Source of the DNA: Azolla caroliniana
Lineage: Eukaryota; Plantae; Polypodiophyta
Assembly (NCBI GenBank): GCA_043228905.1
Contig: JBHGNT010000017.1
Location: 8,990,001 to 9,054,000 of the forward strand
Direction: 5' to 3'
DNA length: 64,000 nucleotides
The notes under the pieces were generated by a model. The model made no database searches. It saw nothing but the letters and a program-made list of their open reading frames with translations, and was not told the DNA's origin. This document shows, piece after piece, positions 36,310-51,037 of this stretch (its first letter is position 1; the number at the start of each line of letters is the position of its first letter). A program made the translations under genes and the position numbers.

Positions 36310-39300
36310 TGAAGAGAATAGCGCAGAATATAGCTCGGCCACAACCAAGTAACGAATCACTTCAATGAGAATGAAACACAGAAATGGGAAAGAGATGAAT
36401 ACTCATACACACACAAGTCGATAGAGAGTACACAGGATGTTTACGTGGAAAACCCTAATAGGGAAAAACCATGGGAGCCCATAGACTCCGAACTAACACT
36501 ATATGAGAAAGGTACAATCAAAGACTCAGAGGCAACGACCTCGAGCTATGTTTCTTCGCCAAGTGGCGATTACAACAGAAACCGTTCTGTATCTCACACA
36601 CACACTCTCTCTCTCTCTCGGTCACTCACTCTATACAATAGTTATACATACCACAATATGACAACAACACTATCACCACACACATTGAGTGATTGCCCTA
36701 AGTAATATTTATACGTATATGAACTTAGGGCTATTTACAGATATAGCCTCAATAGGCTTGCTCAAAACATATTTACAAATATGTCTTCTCTTCCGGTTCT
36801 CGCCGAGTCCATCCGATCCGGTTTCCAGATCTCTTTCGACAGCAAAGGCATATGTGACAACCACAACAACTTCTTCGACCAGTCCCGAATGATTTGCATT
36901 CATAATATCTTTCTTGCCGAACCCAAGTCTTTCATTGCGTAGGTCCGGTTCAGAGCTTTCTTCAGCATTCGAATCTTGCCTTGGTCTCGTCCGACGATCA
37001 ACATATCATCCACATATAGGAGGAGTATCGGGAAATCTCCTCCGTCAAATTTCTTCACAAACACAGTGATTGGCCTACGTCTTGTGGTACCCTTGGTCAG
37101 TCATGACGGAGTCGAACCTCCGGTACCATTGCCGGGGGGCTTGCTTCATTCCATATAAGCTCTTCTTCAGCCCCCACACCAGGTGCTCCTTCTCGTTCTT
37201 CTCAAATCCTTCCAATTGATGCATGTAGATCTCTTCTTCAAGGTCTCCATGTAGGAATATCGTCTTGACGTCCAGTTGCTCTACCTCGAGTTCCATGCTT
37301 GCTGTTATCCCCAATACTATCCGGATGGATGTATCTTTAATACTGGGGCAAAGACCTCGTCGAAATCCACTCGTTTCTTCTACTGGAACCCCTTCACCAC
37401 GATCTGAGCTTTGTATCTCAATGGGTTTCCGGCATCTCCTGCTTTTAGCTTCTACACCCACTTGTTCCGGAGTGCCCGCTTTCCTTTCGGCAATTCCGCC
37501 AGTTCTTATGTGTAGTTCTCATGCAAGGAATCCATCTCATCCTGCATTGCACTCACCCACGTGCGGCTATGGGTGTCTCTCTTTGCTTCTTCGAAGCTTT
37601 CCAACTCCCCCTCATCGGTTAGCAGCACATGCTCTGCATCCGGAAATCTCCGGGGGGCTCTTCTCTCTCGGAGAGGATATCTTCGTCCCTGATTTCTGAG
37701 CACCGGTTCCTCCGTTTGTTCCGAATCCGAATCCGATTCAGGATCTTGTCCAGTTCCGATGTCTTCTTCTTCTTCTTCTTCAGTCGGTTCGGTTTCTTAT
37801 CCGTATCCGGCCAGTTCGTGGACTGTCATCTGGTTACCGGGTAATTCCTTGTGTCCTCAAGCCGGTTTTCATTGGATGATCCGGAGTTCATCACCTTCTT
37901 CTCCGACTCCCAGTTGTCAATGGTCCTGTCTTCCATGAGGACTATGTCCCGACTCCAAAACACCTTCTTGTCAACCAAATCCCACACCCGGTAACCTAAC
38001 TCATCATCGCCGTATCCAAGGAATATACATGGTCGGGACTTCGGATCCAACTTTTCTCTCTTGTCCTTTGCCACATGCACGTAAACGAGACATCCAAACA
38101 CCTTTAGATGCCGGTAGGATATGTCCTTACCGGTTCATACTTTCTGCAGTGAGTCTCCTTGTAAGGTTGTTGAGGGTGATCTGTTTATCACATACATTGC
38201 CGTCGTTAGCGCCTGAACCCAAAACGTCTTGGGTAACTTTGCATGTGCAAGCATGCTTCAGACTCTCTCCATTATGGTCCGGTTCATTCGTTCAGCCAAC
38301 CCATTCAATTCCGGCATCTTCGGCACGGGGAACTCAAGCCGGATTCCCTTCGACCGGTCGTACTCCATGAACTGCCCCCGGTATTCTCCTCCGTTTTCCG
38401 GTCGAACCGCCTTCAGCTTCTCGACCCTCGCATGGAGCTCCTTGAAGACGGATAGCACCTGATCCTTTGTCTTCAACGGTGAGACCCACAGCTTCCGGTT
38501 GTGGTCGTCTATGAACTTCACGAAGTACTACGATCCAGCATGTGACTTCGTGTCCACTTGACACACATCGGTATGCACCAGCTCCAGTGGTGCATTCTGT
38601 CTCATCGGTGGTCTTGACCGAAAGGAGGTTTGGTTTTCCTTGCCGACCAAGCAATCGGTGCACTTCTCAAGTTGCACGTCCTTCACCGGAATGAGGTTGC
38701 CTTCGGCAAGTCTTCGCATCCCCTTCTCACTCATGTGACACAATCTTTTGTGCCACAACTCACCGGCAGTGTCAGATGCTACGTTCACTTCTTCCCGGCA
38801 TATCCAGGCATTCATCAAGTACAATGTGTTGACCTTCCAGGCTCGAGCCACTATTAGCCTCCCTTGGCAGAACTTTATGACCTCATTCCAGATTCTACCT
38901 CCAGAACGTGTCGGACATCCTTCAGCAGCAACTTGCATCTGGTTGATGTCGACAACAACACATCTCCTATGCCGACAATTCGGCATGTACCTTCATTCCC
39001 CATCCGGACACAACCATGATCTCCGGTTGTGTAGGATGAGAAGCATCTCTGGTCCAGTGTCAGGTGGAACGACACTCCGGAATCGACAACCCACGTTGTC
39101 TCGTCCCCGACAAGGTTTAACTCATTCTCCTAGGTAATGAGCATCAGTTCTTCTTCACTTGTCGCCATCGCCAACGTTCCTTTCCGATCCGAACCGTTTC
39201 GGTCGGAACTCTTCTTCGAATCGGTAGTGCCAATTTCTTTCTCTTTCCAAAAATGTTGACAGTTCTTCTAGAAGTGCCCCGGTTTCCCACAATAGAAGCA

Positions 39301-40306
39301 AGTAGGTCTCCCCCTTGACTTCGACCTTGTCCCCGATTTGTCCCGGTTTTAGGGACTCGGAGACCGGCCTCTTCCCCGATTTTGTTCATCTTCCATGACC
39401 AAGGCCTTCAGATCAATTCCGGACTCCCGGTCCTTTCAGCGAGCTTCTTCATCTAGCAGGCTTGACTTTACCCTTGTTAGGGACAACTGCTTTCCTTCCG
39501 GCCCGGCGTTGCCCAACATGACAGCTAACGTCTCCCAGCTATCTGGGAGGGAACCAAGCAGGATTAATGTGAGTACCTCATCGGCGAGAGGTACTTCCAA
39601 CGAGGTTGCTTGATGTATTAGCCCCTAGAACACATTCATGTGCTCCGCCATACTGGAGTCGTCCTGGTATTGGATCGTCGCTAGCTTTACTGAAACCCAA
39701 TTAACAACATTCTTGTTCTGGAACATGATGTCGATCTTCTCCTAGAGTTCATGAGCCTTGCTCTCTTCATTGAAGTTGTTGTACAAGCTCATGTCGATGA
39801 AGCACCGGATGTATCCCGTCGTCTTCATGTGCATCACCTCCCACAATGTGACGTCGATCTTATCCGGTCTCTTGTCCCCGAACTGAACCGGCAACCAAAG
39901 ATCTTTAACCACCAGCATATCCCTCATCTTCGACTTCCACACTGAGTAGTTGGAGCCAGTGAACTTGAACATGCCGCCGAACGATTCTTCCATTTCCTGT
40001 AGTGTTCGCTCTGATACTAGATTGAAGAGAATAGTGCGGAATATAGCTCGGCCACAACCGAGTAATGAATCACTTCAATGAGAATGAAACACGGAAATGG
40101 GAGTAGAGATGAATACTCGTACACACACGAGTCAATAGAGAGTACACAGGATGTTTACGTGGAAAACCGTAATAGGGAAAAATCACGAGAGCCCACAGAC
40201 TCCGAACTAACACTATATGAGAAAGGTACAATCAAAGACTCGGAGCCAACGACCTCGAGCTATGTTTCTTCACCAAGCGGCGGTTACAATAGAAACCGTT
40301 CTGTAT

Positions 40307-40378
<72 letters not shown>

Positions 40379-40548
40379 CTCACTCTGTACAACAGTTATA
40401 CATACCACAATATGACAACAACACTATCACCACGCACATTGAGTGATTGCCCTCAGTAATATTTATACTTATATGAACTTAGGTCTATTTACAAATATAG
40501 CCTCAATATGCTTACTCAAAACATATTTACAAATATGTCTTCTTCTGG
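36310..40548 (-). mobile_element. Copia family A copy A4: 3' LTR part 36310-~36830, decayed gag-pol to 39993, PBS ~40007-40018, 5' LTR part 40023-40548; RNase H and PPT deleted
   Basis: MEESFGGMFKFTGSNY gag start, INT and RT motifs, two similar LTR segments, mutated iMet PBS (TAGTATCAGAGC). Confidence 0.9.
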
Positions 40549-41463
40549 TGTCGTGAAGATTTTCGGCAACGGTGTGAAAATTGCATAGAATGTACAAAAT
40601 CAAGTGTGGTTCTTCACACACAATATGAAACAATAATATTGAAGGTACTATTTTTTATTAGTTTAATATCTTGGTACAAGAAGATGGATGCCTTCAAGAG
40701 CTTCGAAATGTACTTTACTACATTTGAAATGGACAACTAAATGTCAAGTTATGTGAATGTAATGTTTGAGAAGAAAAAGAGAATAACAAAATTGTGAGAT
40801 ATCCCACATAGATAGGACAATATCAAGATGCAAGAGTATATAAGTAGAGCCATATCTCTTTATATTTCACGTATGTGCTAGGAGCACAAAAGGGTTGGGT
40901 TGTATAACTTGGATGAATGGATGTGGCCAAGTTATTCAAATAGTGTTTTGGATAGAGCCGGAACCGGACGGACGGCGACGAAACCGGAACCGGATTGGCA
41001 TCGGACGACGACGGAGCCGGAACCGAAACCGGATCAGCAAGGATGGCGACAGAACCGAATCTGGACGGCGACGAAGCTAGAACCGACACCAGCAACGGAT
41101 CACCGGGCCGGAAGCGGATCGAATAGGTTGATCGCGACGATTTCGGTGTGAAACGAACAAAATCATCTAGACTAAAAAACCTAGTAAAAGTTTGTATACA
41201 AAGAGATGCAACCAAGGCTTGAACCTTGCACCTCCAAGATAAGAGGTAATAGACTTATCACTAAGCTAAGTCATTTTTTTAGTTTAAATTCTCATATTAG
41301 AGCTTGATTGAGTGACATGGTTATCATGCATCACATGTAATGCATGAGCGTCAAATGGCAAACATGTGTCACATGCATTCCATGCATTGTATGCATGTGT
41401 TGTACCCTCACAGGCATCATATGCATGGAGGCATCTATAAAAGAGTGTATAGAGAGGAAAAAC
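40549..41463 (+). mobile_element. Gypsy-type LTR, 3'-truncated
   Basis: Starts TGTCGTGAAGATTTTCGG and is the reverse complement of 25700-26030; contains an RY block, CTATAAAA and an internal GC-rich repeat at 40955-41120. Confidence 0.8.
41213..41270 (-). promoter_or_regulatory. tRNA-like Pol III A/B-box cassette
   Basis: The minus strand reads TAGCTTAGTGA-32nt-GGTTCAAGCC. Confidence 0.5.
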
Positions 41464-42493
41464 GGGAGGCTTGGAACCTCGATTCAGTGCAATAAGATCC
41501 ACCATCCTTGCAAGAGAGAATCCTCCCACCTTTTTCGATCTCCAGTCAATATTGTTGGTCAAGGAAAATAGTGCCCGATAGAGAAACAACGCACTAGAGG
41601 GTCAGATGCTCTACTCCTAGTCGGATGACAAAAGAAATAGATGTCGTAGAAATAGAGGTCGGCTCGAACAAGGCCGTCATGCTCAGCAGATCCATGAGCG
41701 TAACCCCCACCAATGGCAAGCGAACTGATCCGGTCCCAAAGAGTTCGGTGGAAGGGGGACTCATCATGCCCGACCAAGCAATCGTAGGAACCCAATCGAA
41801 TGTGGGCATTACGAAAAATCGGCCATTACGAAGAGGAGTGCCAAAAGAAGAAACACGAGGCAAGCCGACATCTTACTAATTATGCTTCGAATTCCGACTA
41901 CGGCAACCGTGGTGGAAAGTTCATAATGAAAAATGAAGCGCACTCTATGTCTGCACAGGCTTCAACTAGTGCCTCCACCTCAAATAATGTATGGTTTGTC
42001 GATTTAGGATCATCAAATCACATGACGTCTCATGAAGATTAGTTTTGGGAACTACGGAAGCCCGAACGTCTCGGATATGTCAAAACAGGAGATGACACGA
42101 CTCATCCAATACAGCATATCGGGAACATCCCATTCGAAAACGACGGAAAACAAACCTACCTCAAGAATGTACTACATGTCCCCACCATCACAAAAAACCT
42201 GGTCTCAGTCGACCAGATTGTTGAGCAAGGAATGCAAGTACGATTCAACAACGATGGATGCTTCATCGAAACAAGCGGCCAAGTCGTAGCTCACGGTCGT
42301 CGTGAAGGCCGTATGTTTATCCTCGAATTGAACTAGGTGAAATCAGCCATGTTCGCAAAGGGCCTCAAAGTCGAAATGGACTTAAATTTGTGGCACAAAA
42401 GAATCGGCCACATCAACCTCCAAAAACTTCAGAACATGTAATCGAAAGAAGTGGTAATCGAACTTCCAAACTTTACCACAAAGGAGATTACGA

Positions 42494-43820
42494 TGTCGTG
42501 AAAATCTGTCACTATGTGCAGATCGTGAGACGGAACCGTCGAGATTCTGGACTAGAAGGATTTAGTGCAACACGTACAACACAAGCAAGTTTTAAGCATA
42601 AGACAAGTGGAAGAGACAAATCATTAGTTTATTGCAAAAGAAAATCGATTCTTAATAATTTCAAAATCGTGTTACAATGGGTTGGGTATGGAAATGAGAG
42701 ATTAATTTTTCAAAGAAAGGAGCCAACAACCATGCAAGGAGTGGTCTGATATGAATACGAGAGATAATTTTTGACAAGAAAGCTCCAGTAAACAAAGCTA
42801 GGAGTTTGATATCAATATGTGAGATAATTTGTTTCTCAAATTCGAGAGGGAAGAAGAAGGAAGGAAGGAAAAAAAACTAGAGGGAAAAAAATGGGACATA
42901 TATCGAGCTCTTTGTTGATCCCCCTCCCCAATTTTACTTTGCATGCCCACTTTTAGTTGCATGGCCTCTACTTTTAGTTGCATGCTTCCATTTTTAGATG
43001 CATGCCTTTTACTTTTAGTTGCATGGCCTTGGCTTTTGGTTGCATGCGACTATCCGTATAATTTGGCCAAATGACACAATCATCCATAAAGTTTAGCCCG
43101 TGCACAATCCGTATGTGCGTCGCAACCAAACCGTAGACGCGTCCGCGCGCAAAAGACCCGATTGCGCAATGTACACATCCACGTGTGTGTGCATCCAACC
43201 CACACCATATACGCATCCGCACACATGGACATCCCGACCATGCCGTGTACGCATCCACGCGCTCGTCCGTATACACGCGTCCGTCTGAAACGTCCACGCG
43301 GTCGTGCATGCGTACGCCCGAAACTTGCACACACGTGTACGTCTAAAAACGTCCACGCGGCCGTGCATACACGCATACACCCAAAGCATCAACACGGTCG
43401 TGCATACGCGCGTACGTCCGAAAACATCCAAGCGGTCGTGCATACGCGCATACGCCCAAAGCATCAACACAACGTGCATACGCACGTACGCTCAAAGTGT
43501 GCACACCAACAATGTAGCCCAAGTCACCTTGAACATTCTATGCTCCACACATTGATAGAATGAATATGTTTTGGTTTCCTTATATATCCTGCATTCCAAT
43601 GTTGACCTATCTATGTGGGATATCTCACTATTTGTACTTTTTTCCTTTTTCTCTTCAAACTTCTCACTCACATAACTTGATACTTATTTATCCAATTCAT
43701 GCGTAGTAAAATACATTATGAAGCTCTTGAACACATCTATCTTTCCATATCAATATATTAAGCTAATTGTAAATAATTATTTTACTAGTTTTCATATCAT
43801 GTGTGAAAAACCACACGACG
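42494..43820 (-). mobile_element. Gypsy-type solo or truncated LTR with internal tandem repeats
   Basis: Its first ~70 bp match 20333-20400, and 43520-43815 matches 25680-25975. Confidence 0.75.
42930..43500. repeat. ~21-bp TTTTAGTTGCATG repeats (42930-43047) and ~43-bp alternating purine-pyrimidine repeats (43280-43500)
   Basis: Direct inspection, e.g. CGGTCGTGCATACGCGC(G/A)TACG repeated. Confidence 0.8.
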
Positions 43821-45268
43821 ATGGGCTTATATGAAGCATGTTAGATATAATCAATGATCAGTCTAAAGTTGTAAATCTATCCCCATATGTGCTCTTAGAG
43901 TGCACATTTTGTGATAGCGCCCCAAATGAGGAGTGGCTAGTGTGCAACTCGACCATATGGATTGATAAGGTGTTAATCTAGGAAACCGTAGATGTGTAGG
44001 ACACGATGTATTTAGGAAAGAGCGAAATAGGTAATAGGATTGGCTAATCAAGTCAACTAGTATATTTTGTGGGCAAGTTACGATGTACTTAGTCTTGAAG
44101 TATGTGCCATTGACTTCAAGATAAGTACTATCTAGCATTGGCCTATATCTAGGGAATTGGGTCATATTAAATGACAAGTCAGTTGACAGAAAAGGAATAT
44201 CTCCACTACTATCAACTGACTTGCACATTTATTGTTATAATCAGACCAAACATAGAATATAATCCACTTTCTTACACAATGGTTGGATTGATCATCAGTC
44301 CCCACTAATTTTGTAGTGAGCTGGTCCATATCCTATCTAAGCTCTAAGGTGTGAGCGCATGGGTAAACTACCATTGTGAGCTACTCTCATATGTAATAGA
44401 GGTTTTGTTTTCCTATATCCATCTCTTTAATTGTAACTCTATATACCTATCTAATCGATTCTCAGTATTTCTAACAAAGCATGCTAGTTCAGAAAGCAAC
44501 ACTGACATCCATTCCCGAAAGAGTGGCATGTGAGCAAAGGGATCTTGGATGTCAAACATTCAGATGTATGGGGACCGGCCCAGACAAGCACACTCACCGG
44601 ATGCCGATATTATGTTGTCGTGGTGTACTTTGTACACTACGTAAATTATGTGTGGAGTACCTGATTGACTAAGTATAAAGAAATAGGAGAAATACTACAA
44701 TAATTATGTTACACGCATAGGGCAGGATTTGAACCCTATACCTCCATGTTAACGATTTTAAGCCTTTAAATTATTGTACTAGCATATTATGAGTTTCAAA
44801 GTTATACTAAACTTTATCCCATGTAAATATTCTAGATATGCATGATAGAAAAAGTTGTTCATGCATACACACTCGAGTTAAAAGAAAAGATGTGATAGAA
44901 AGTTGATCATGCACATGTAGTGTGCATGAAAACTAAAGTAAGAAAAAGCATGATGCTTGCATGTGATAAACTTAGACTCTTCCATCACTATATAAGGAAG
45001 AGAGAAAGATGTATAGGGGTTGTTGATTTTTTATAAGGGTTGATTAATATAAAATATTCGTGGGATTCACGATTTTTCCATCTATTTCTCTCTTACAATC
45101 TAAGTATCAATTAATACACTATACTCGTGGGATTCACGAGTTTTATATCTTCATCTTGCAATCTATTCATAACAAACCTTATCTCATATTCTTCTTTCTC
45201 CTAGTCCAAAACCTCAGCGGTTCCCACCCGACTCATACAACGATCTAGATCGAAAGGCCCGACACAAG

Positions 45269-45285
45269 TGGTGAACCCGACGTGA
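45269..45285 (+). promoter_or_regulatory. Primer binding site complementary to the tRNA-Trp 3' end
   Basis: TGGTGAACCCGACGTGA is the complement of ...TCACGTCGGGTTCACCA, the plant cytosolic tRNA-Trp 3' end as I recall it. Confidence 0.8.
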
Positions 45286-48200
45286 AAATGGGTGGCAAGG
45301 AGATGGAAAGAGGCTAACAACATGATGGCGATGTTCGAGCGGATTCTACAAGAACAACGCGCGATGTCGGAGATTGCGGCGGTAGTAGAGCGGCTTGTGC
45401 AACGTAACAGGCAATTCAACGAGAAGGATGTGTCGCGATATTTGCGGGATTACATGGCGGAAATGCTATGGTGTGGAATATCGGAAGGATTGCAGGTAAC
45501 ATCCTTGAATCGGGTGGCTACGGACGGGCTTCAAGGGAGTATCCATGGGATACAACATCAAAATCAGACGTGGGAAGCATTTGAAGAAGTGTTGAAGACC
45601 ACGTTCGCCATCGAGGAATCCTCCAAGGCAACGTGGAGGGGATTCGAAGACTGGGTGGAAACGCCAGACAAGGGGTTGAAGGTCCTCGATGTGTTTTCGG
45701 CATTCGAACGTTGGTTTGGGAGGTTTTCCACAAGAGATCAAGCTATCCTCGCACCGGACAAAGTGATCATGTTCTTTTGAGCCGTGGATTTCCGGAACCG
45801 GAAAGATCTTGGAATGCTTCTAGTGGACACCCCTACTGAGAGTGGCCTCACCAATACATGGGAAAGTGTGCGGGATATCATCACGTGATACACAAAGAGG
45901 GGGCAATGGCTTGGTAGTGAAGAAAAGAGGGTTTCGGAACCAATTCCGAAACCAAGATCCGGTTTGGAAGACCATCAACCGTGGGCTCGAGAGACAACGA
46001 CCGAGAAGGGAATCGATGCAACCACGGTGGAGCAGTTGCTGAAGGAGATGGAGAATCTGAAAATCACGATGGCGAGGAAGTCGGATGACCATCCCACAAG
46101 TTCCAAGTATATGGACCGTCGATGCATATGGTGCGATAGCACCGAACATGATCGGAGGGATTGCGACGAGCACGAGGCACTATGACAGGACCTTATCTAC
46201 TACGAGGGAAATCAGATTCATTCGATAGACTCTCGGAAGCCACTCCGACCGAACTTCCAAAAAGGTGGCATGAAGAAGGTCCTAGAGGAGGACATAGCGG
46301 CGAAAAGAAATTATGCGACAACCACGGGGATATGTGTGGGTGAATCATCTGGAGCAAAGGCGTCTTTTTGGCCGGAAGTGCTAGAAAACCCCAAGAAAAC
46401 TGACTCTAATGAGATCCGAAGCACCGCGGAAGGCATCCGAGAAGCTACGGGATGGGAGTGCCCCGTCAATAAGAATAGCGTGTACGCCCTATGCCAATTA
46501 CATGAGGTGTATGTAAACGAGAAACGATGCCGCACGGATGATGCGATCGGACCATCAAAGACACCGGAGATCTGGAACTCCGAAGGGAAGGGGAAAGGAA
46601 AAACAATTCCAGCATTCAAACTCACTTCATACATCGAGCAACGAACGGACTTAAAAAAAGTGTTCGAGGAGAGAATCCTCGATAGTTGGGTAGATTTTTC
46701 GCTTCGGGAATTATTAGGAATAATGAAGAAGGAGTTCCACAATCTTCTTGTGGATCTCGTGAAGAGGAAAAGACAAAATGCGGAGGAAAATGCTCCAAGG
46801 GTGAATGCAAATACCGTTCTAATGATTGACACTAAAGTGGAGGATGAAATTCCGAACTCCAACTACACAAGGCCACACTGGGCACGTGCAACTACGGAGA
46901 CTCCGGTCCGAATCGGAAACATCAAGGAGCCCGTACTAGCATTGATTGATCATGGATCGGAGATCAATTTGATGTCCAAGGAGTTCTAGCGAAAGGGGAA
47001 GTGGCCTATTAACACTAATCATGGATGGAAGATGCAGGCAGCCACTAAAACGACGGAAGATTTATTTGCAGCTTGTCCGGATGTGACGATGAAGATCGGA
47101 GATGTGGAGATTGACCAAAATTTCTACATGCAAGATGAGTTCTCACACTCCATGATCCTCGGGCAACCCTTTATCACGGCTTCACGGATGGAGACTTTAT
47201 CGGGCAACCCTTTATCACGGCTCGATCGCGGAGCGACTTTTGCACAAATTCGGAGCCAAAGCGGAGGGAAAACCGTCCAATTCCTAACTATGCCATCAAA
47301 TCACGAAAGGAACAAGAGAGAGCTCTTGTCCCAAACAAAAATGGTTTTTTAAAGTAGATTGTTATGGAGTGGGGAAGTAATAGTCTGAGAAGCCCTGATA
47401 CCCCACACAAGAAGAAAACTCTCAGAGCAAAACAAGTACGAATCGGTTCGGATGGGGCATCTACGTACACGACCGTAACCGGAGTAATGAAGAAAGAATT
47501 CCGAAAGGTGCAAGATGAGTTATAGTCTGCATCAATAATAAAATAAGACGAAGAAATCGTGGGAGTAGTCGAAGAAGTATTCTACGGCAGCACGCTACAA
47601 TGGCTTGAAGAGCTAGCAAAAGAGAATAGCCAAGGAGACCGGGTAGTTCCGGTGGAATCAGTCGAGATGTATGAGATCATTGCGAAAATGGGGCTAGAAC
47701 TCCGCAAAGACGAAGCAATGGCATGTATGAAATATAAGACCGTGGAAAAGAAGGTGAAACCGACCGCGGGACCGTGGCCCACTGATAGCGAACAAAAGAG
47801 GAAAGAAGTCTCGGGAGATCCGACACTTTGGAAGTCCGTGTATATCTAACATGTCTTCACGGATGAGACCCGGAAGAAACTTCGGATCGGTGGAGGTGGG
47901 TTCCTCTCACAAAATGAAGAAGAACGGTTTCGTGAGATGTTGGAGCAGCATGGAAGAGCATTTGCATTCACATCGAAAGAGATAGGGTGTGCTAACCCGA
48001 AGATAGTGGAACCGATGGTGATCTTCACGATTGATCATGTGTCGTGGAACCTGAACCGATTCCAATGCCACGGGCCATATTCCGAAAATCATTGACTTGC
48101 TCAAGGAGAAGGTGGCGATGGGGATTCTAGACCCATCCAACACTCCGTACTCAAATCGATGGTTTACGGTTCCAAAGAAGAATGGGTCACTCCGATTTAT

Positions 48201-51037
48201 TCAAGATTTGAAACCGGTGAACAAGGTCACGATCCAGAACTTTGGAGTCAGTCCAATAGTGGACGAATTTGCGGAAGCGTTTGCCGATCGCGCGATATAC
48301 TCAATCGGAGACCTATACTCCGGGTATGACCAATTCCAACTAGTCGTGGAGAGCCGAGACATCACTACCATGCGAACACCAATAGGATTGGTCCGGATGT
48401 GCATGCTACCACAAGGCACGATGAACTCGGTCACACATATGATGAATGCGATGAACAAGGTGCTCCGGGACTACATTCCGGAGATAACGATGCCGTTCCT
48501 AGATGACATTCCGATAAAAGGATGTGCGGTGGAAGAAAAAGATGAGACTATGGATGATCAGGGATGCTGAAAGTTCGTAGTCGACCATATTCGCGATTGC
48601 AAGAAAGTGTTACGGAAGTTAGAAGATGTGCACCTAACGCTCTCCAGAGAGAAGTCGGCATTCGGACAAGAAGAAATATTGGTAGTCGGACATCTATGTG
48701 GGCCCTACGGCCGAAGACCGTCACCAATCAAGATCGATGCGATTCAAGCTATGAAAGAAATATGCGAGTCACAATCCGAAGTTCATAGATTTCTTGGGGC
48801 ATGTGCATTCTATCACATATGGGTTCCGCACTATGCACACATTGCAGACCCACTCTATCACTTTTTGTGGAAGGGGAAGAAGTTTGAATGGAAACTAGAA
48901 CATACCAAAGCCGTGAAGAAGCTCAAGAAATCACTATAGAGGGCAGAAGCACTTAAGAAGCCGAACTATGACCAACCAATTATAGTAACGGTTGATACAA
49001 GTCCAACCGGGATTGGATGGGTCGTCAATCAAGCCAATCCAGATTGTTCACGATATCCGATCCGATTCGGAGAAAAGGTTCTCAACGAAAGGCAACGCGG
49101 ATATGCACAAGTTAAAAGAGAACTATGGGGAGTCATGTTGGCAATAAAATCAGATCAAGATTTTACTTAATTGGAGCTAAAGTAGTGATCGAAACAGATT
49201 GTCTTCTGATACTCGGGATGATGCGGTGTTGCACGATACCGGATGTGGCTATGCTAAGATGGATTGCATATGTAAAGTCGCTTAATCCGGAGATACGACA
49301 CATCTCCGGAAAAGATAACGCAGTAGTAGATATGCTATCAAGGGCACGGTTTGGAGACGACATAGCCGAATCCAATAATGAAGAAGTTTCCGAAAACTAC
49401 TTTACTTCGGAGCACATATGCTGGGTGAACGAAATCCGAGAATTCCGGGAAGAAGAATATGAGGGAGAAAGTTTGTTGATCGGGAAAGTGCTACAAGAAA
49501 TCGAGGAATCATCGGACAATAAAGAAAAGAGAGTCGAGATCCGAAGTAAGAAGCGGCAAATCCAAAAGTTTTTCTTGAACAATGGATTAATTTGGAGGGA
49601 GCTGAAAAGACCAAATGGTATACCACTACGAGTAGTCGGAGCAAAAGAGCAACAAAACCGGAGAATGTCTGAATTTCACGAATCCGATTGGGTTGGACAT
49701 CGGGGAACATGGGGAACATTTTCAAAGATCAAACAAAAATATTGGTGGAAGAATATGTACAAAGATGTAGCGGAGTTCATAGAAAGCTGTGAGAAATGTC
49801 AAATCTACTCAGGAGTTCGACACCGAGATGAATTACATCCGACATTCACACCGACAATCAACTTCAAATGGATGGTCGACATTGTGGCCATGCCAACCGG
49901 GATTGGGCAAAAGAAGTACTTGGTGTTAGCCCGGGAAGATCTAACAAACCAAGTAGAAGGACGAGCACTATGGAGGAAAACATGTTCCGCAGTATGCCAA
50001 TTTCTCTTGGAAGAAGTGTTCTGCAGGTATGGTTACATAGGACAAGTGATTGCGGATCGATGAGAACTTGACTCTGATAAAGCTAGGGAATTCTTCGTTA
50101 GACATGGAGTACGGTTAACACTAACCACGGCATACAATCTGAAAGCCAACGGAAAGATCGAGCGAGGACATAGTCCAATCATTAAAGCACTTGCAAAAGC
50201 ATGTGATGGAAGGGTGAAGGATTGGCCGCAGATGCTTCCGTATGCACTATGGGCGGATCGCACGACGCATAGTTCCGTGACCGGTTATATGCCAACTGAA
50301 CTTATGACCGGACAAGCACCGGTAATGCCGATGGAAACAACAATTGCAATGTGGACAGTGCTACCATGGAAGGAAGAAATGAGCCGAGAAGAACTACTAG
50401 CGGTCCGGATACGACAACTAGAGGGAAGACCGGAAGACATAGCGGAAGCAATACGCCGACAACAGGAAGCACGATTCCGGAACAAAAGTCTATTCGACAC
50501 AAAGCATTGACTACGACCACAGAAGATTGAAGAAGGAGATTGGGTGATTGTCTATGATAGTAGTTTGGATCATCAACATACAACGATACGGAAGTTTGCT
50601 AAAAGGTGGTTCGGGCCATACAAGGTTCGGAAAGTTTTCGACAATGGAACTTACCGACTATGTGAGTTGGATGGAACAGTACTACGGGTGCCTATAGCGG
50701 AGAAACGGGTGAAGATTTTCAAGAAGCGGACTGACGATGAACCTTATGTAAGCTTAGACAAGACCGGAAATGAGGAGCAATCGGACAAAGATCGCGGTGA
50801 TGCGGAAAGCGAAGAAAGTGGAGTACAATTGATAATCAACATAAGGGGATAATCAGAGACTGCTACGGATGAAGGTGAATAACAAGCATCGGAAACTTTG
50901 GCACATACTGGAGGATGTGTAGGTTCGGAGGGGGTGAGTGTTGTGGTGTACTTTGTACACTACGTAAATTATGTGTGGAGTACCCAATTGACTAAGTATA
51001 AAGAAATAAGAGAAATACTACAATAATTATGTTACAC

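Noticed and set aside
42974-43563. Several overlapping 100-130 aa ORFs
   Set aside because: Stop-poor alternating purine-pyrimidine repeats within an LTR, with no protein motif.
47160-47222. 22-bp direct duplication in the G3 protease region
   Set aside because: A local repair scar absent from G2, with no sign of function.
50544-50938. Chromodomain or env gene at the end of G3
   Set aside because: Only the GPY/F motif and a short acidic tail precede the PPT.
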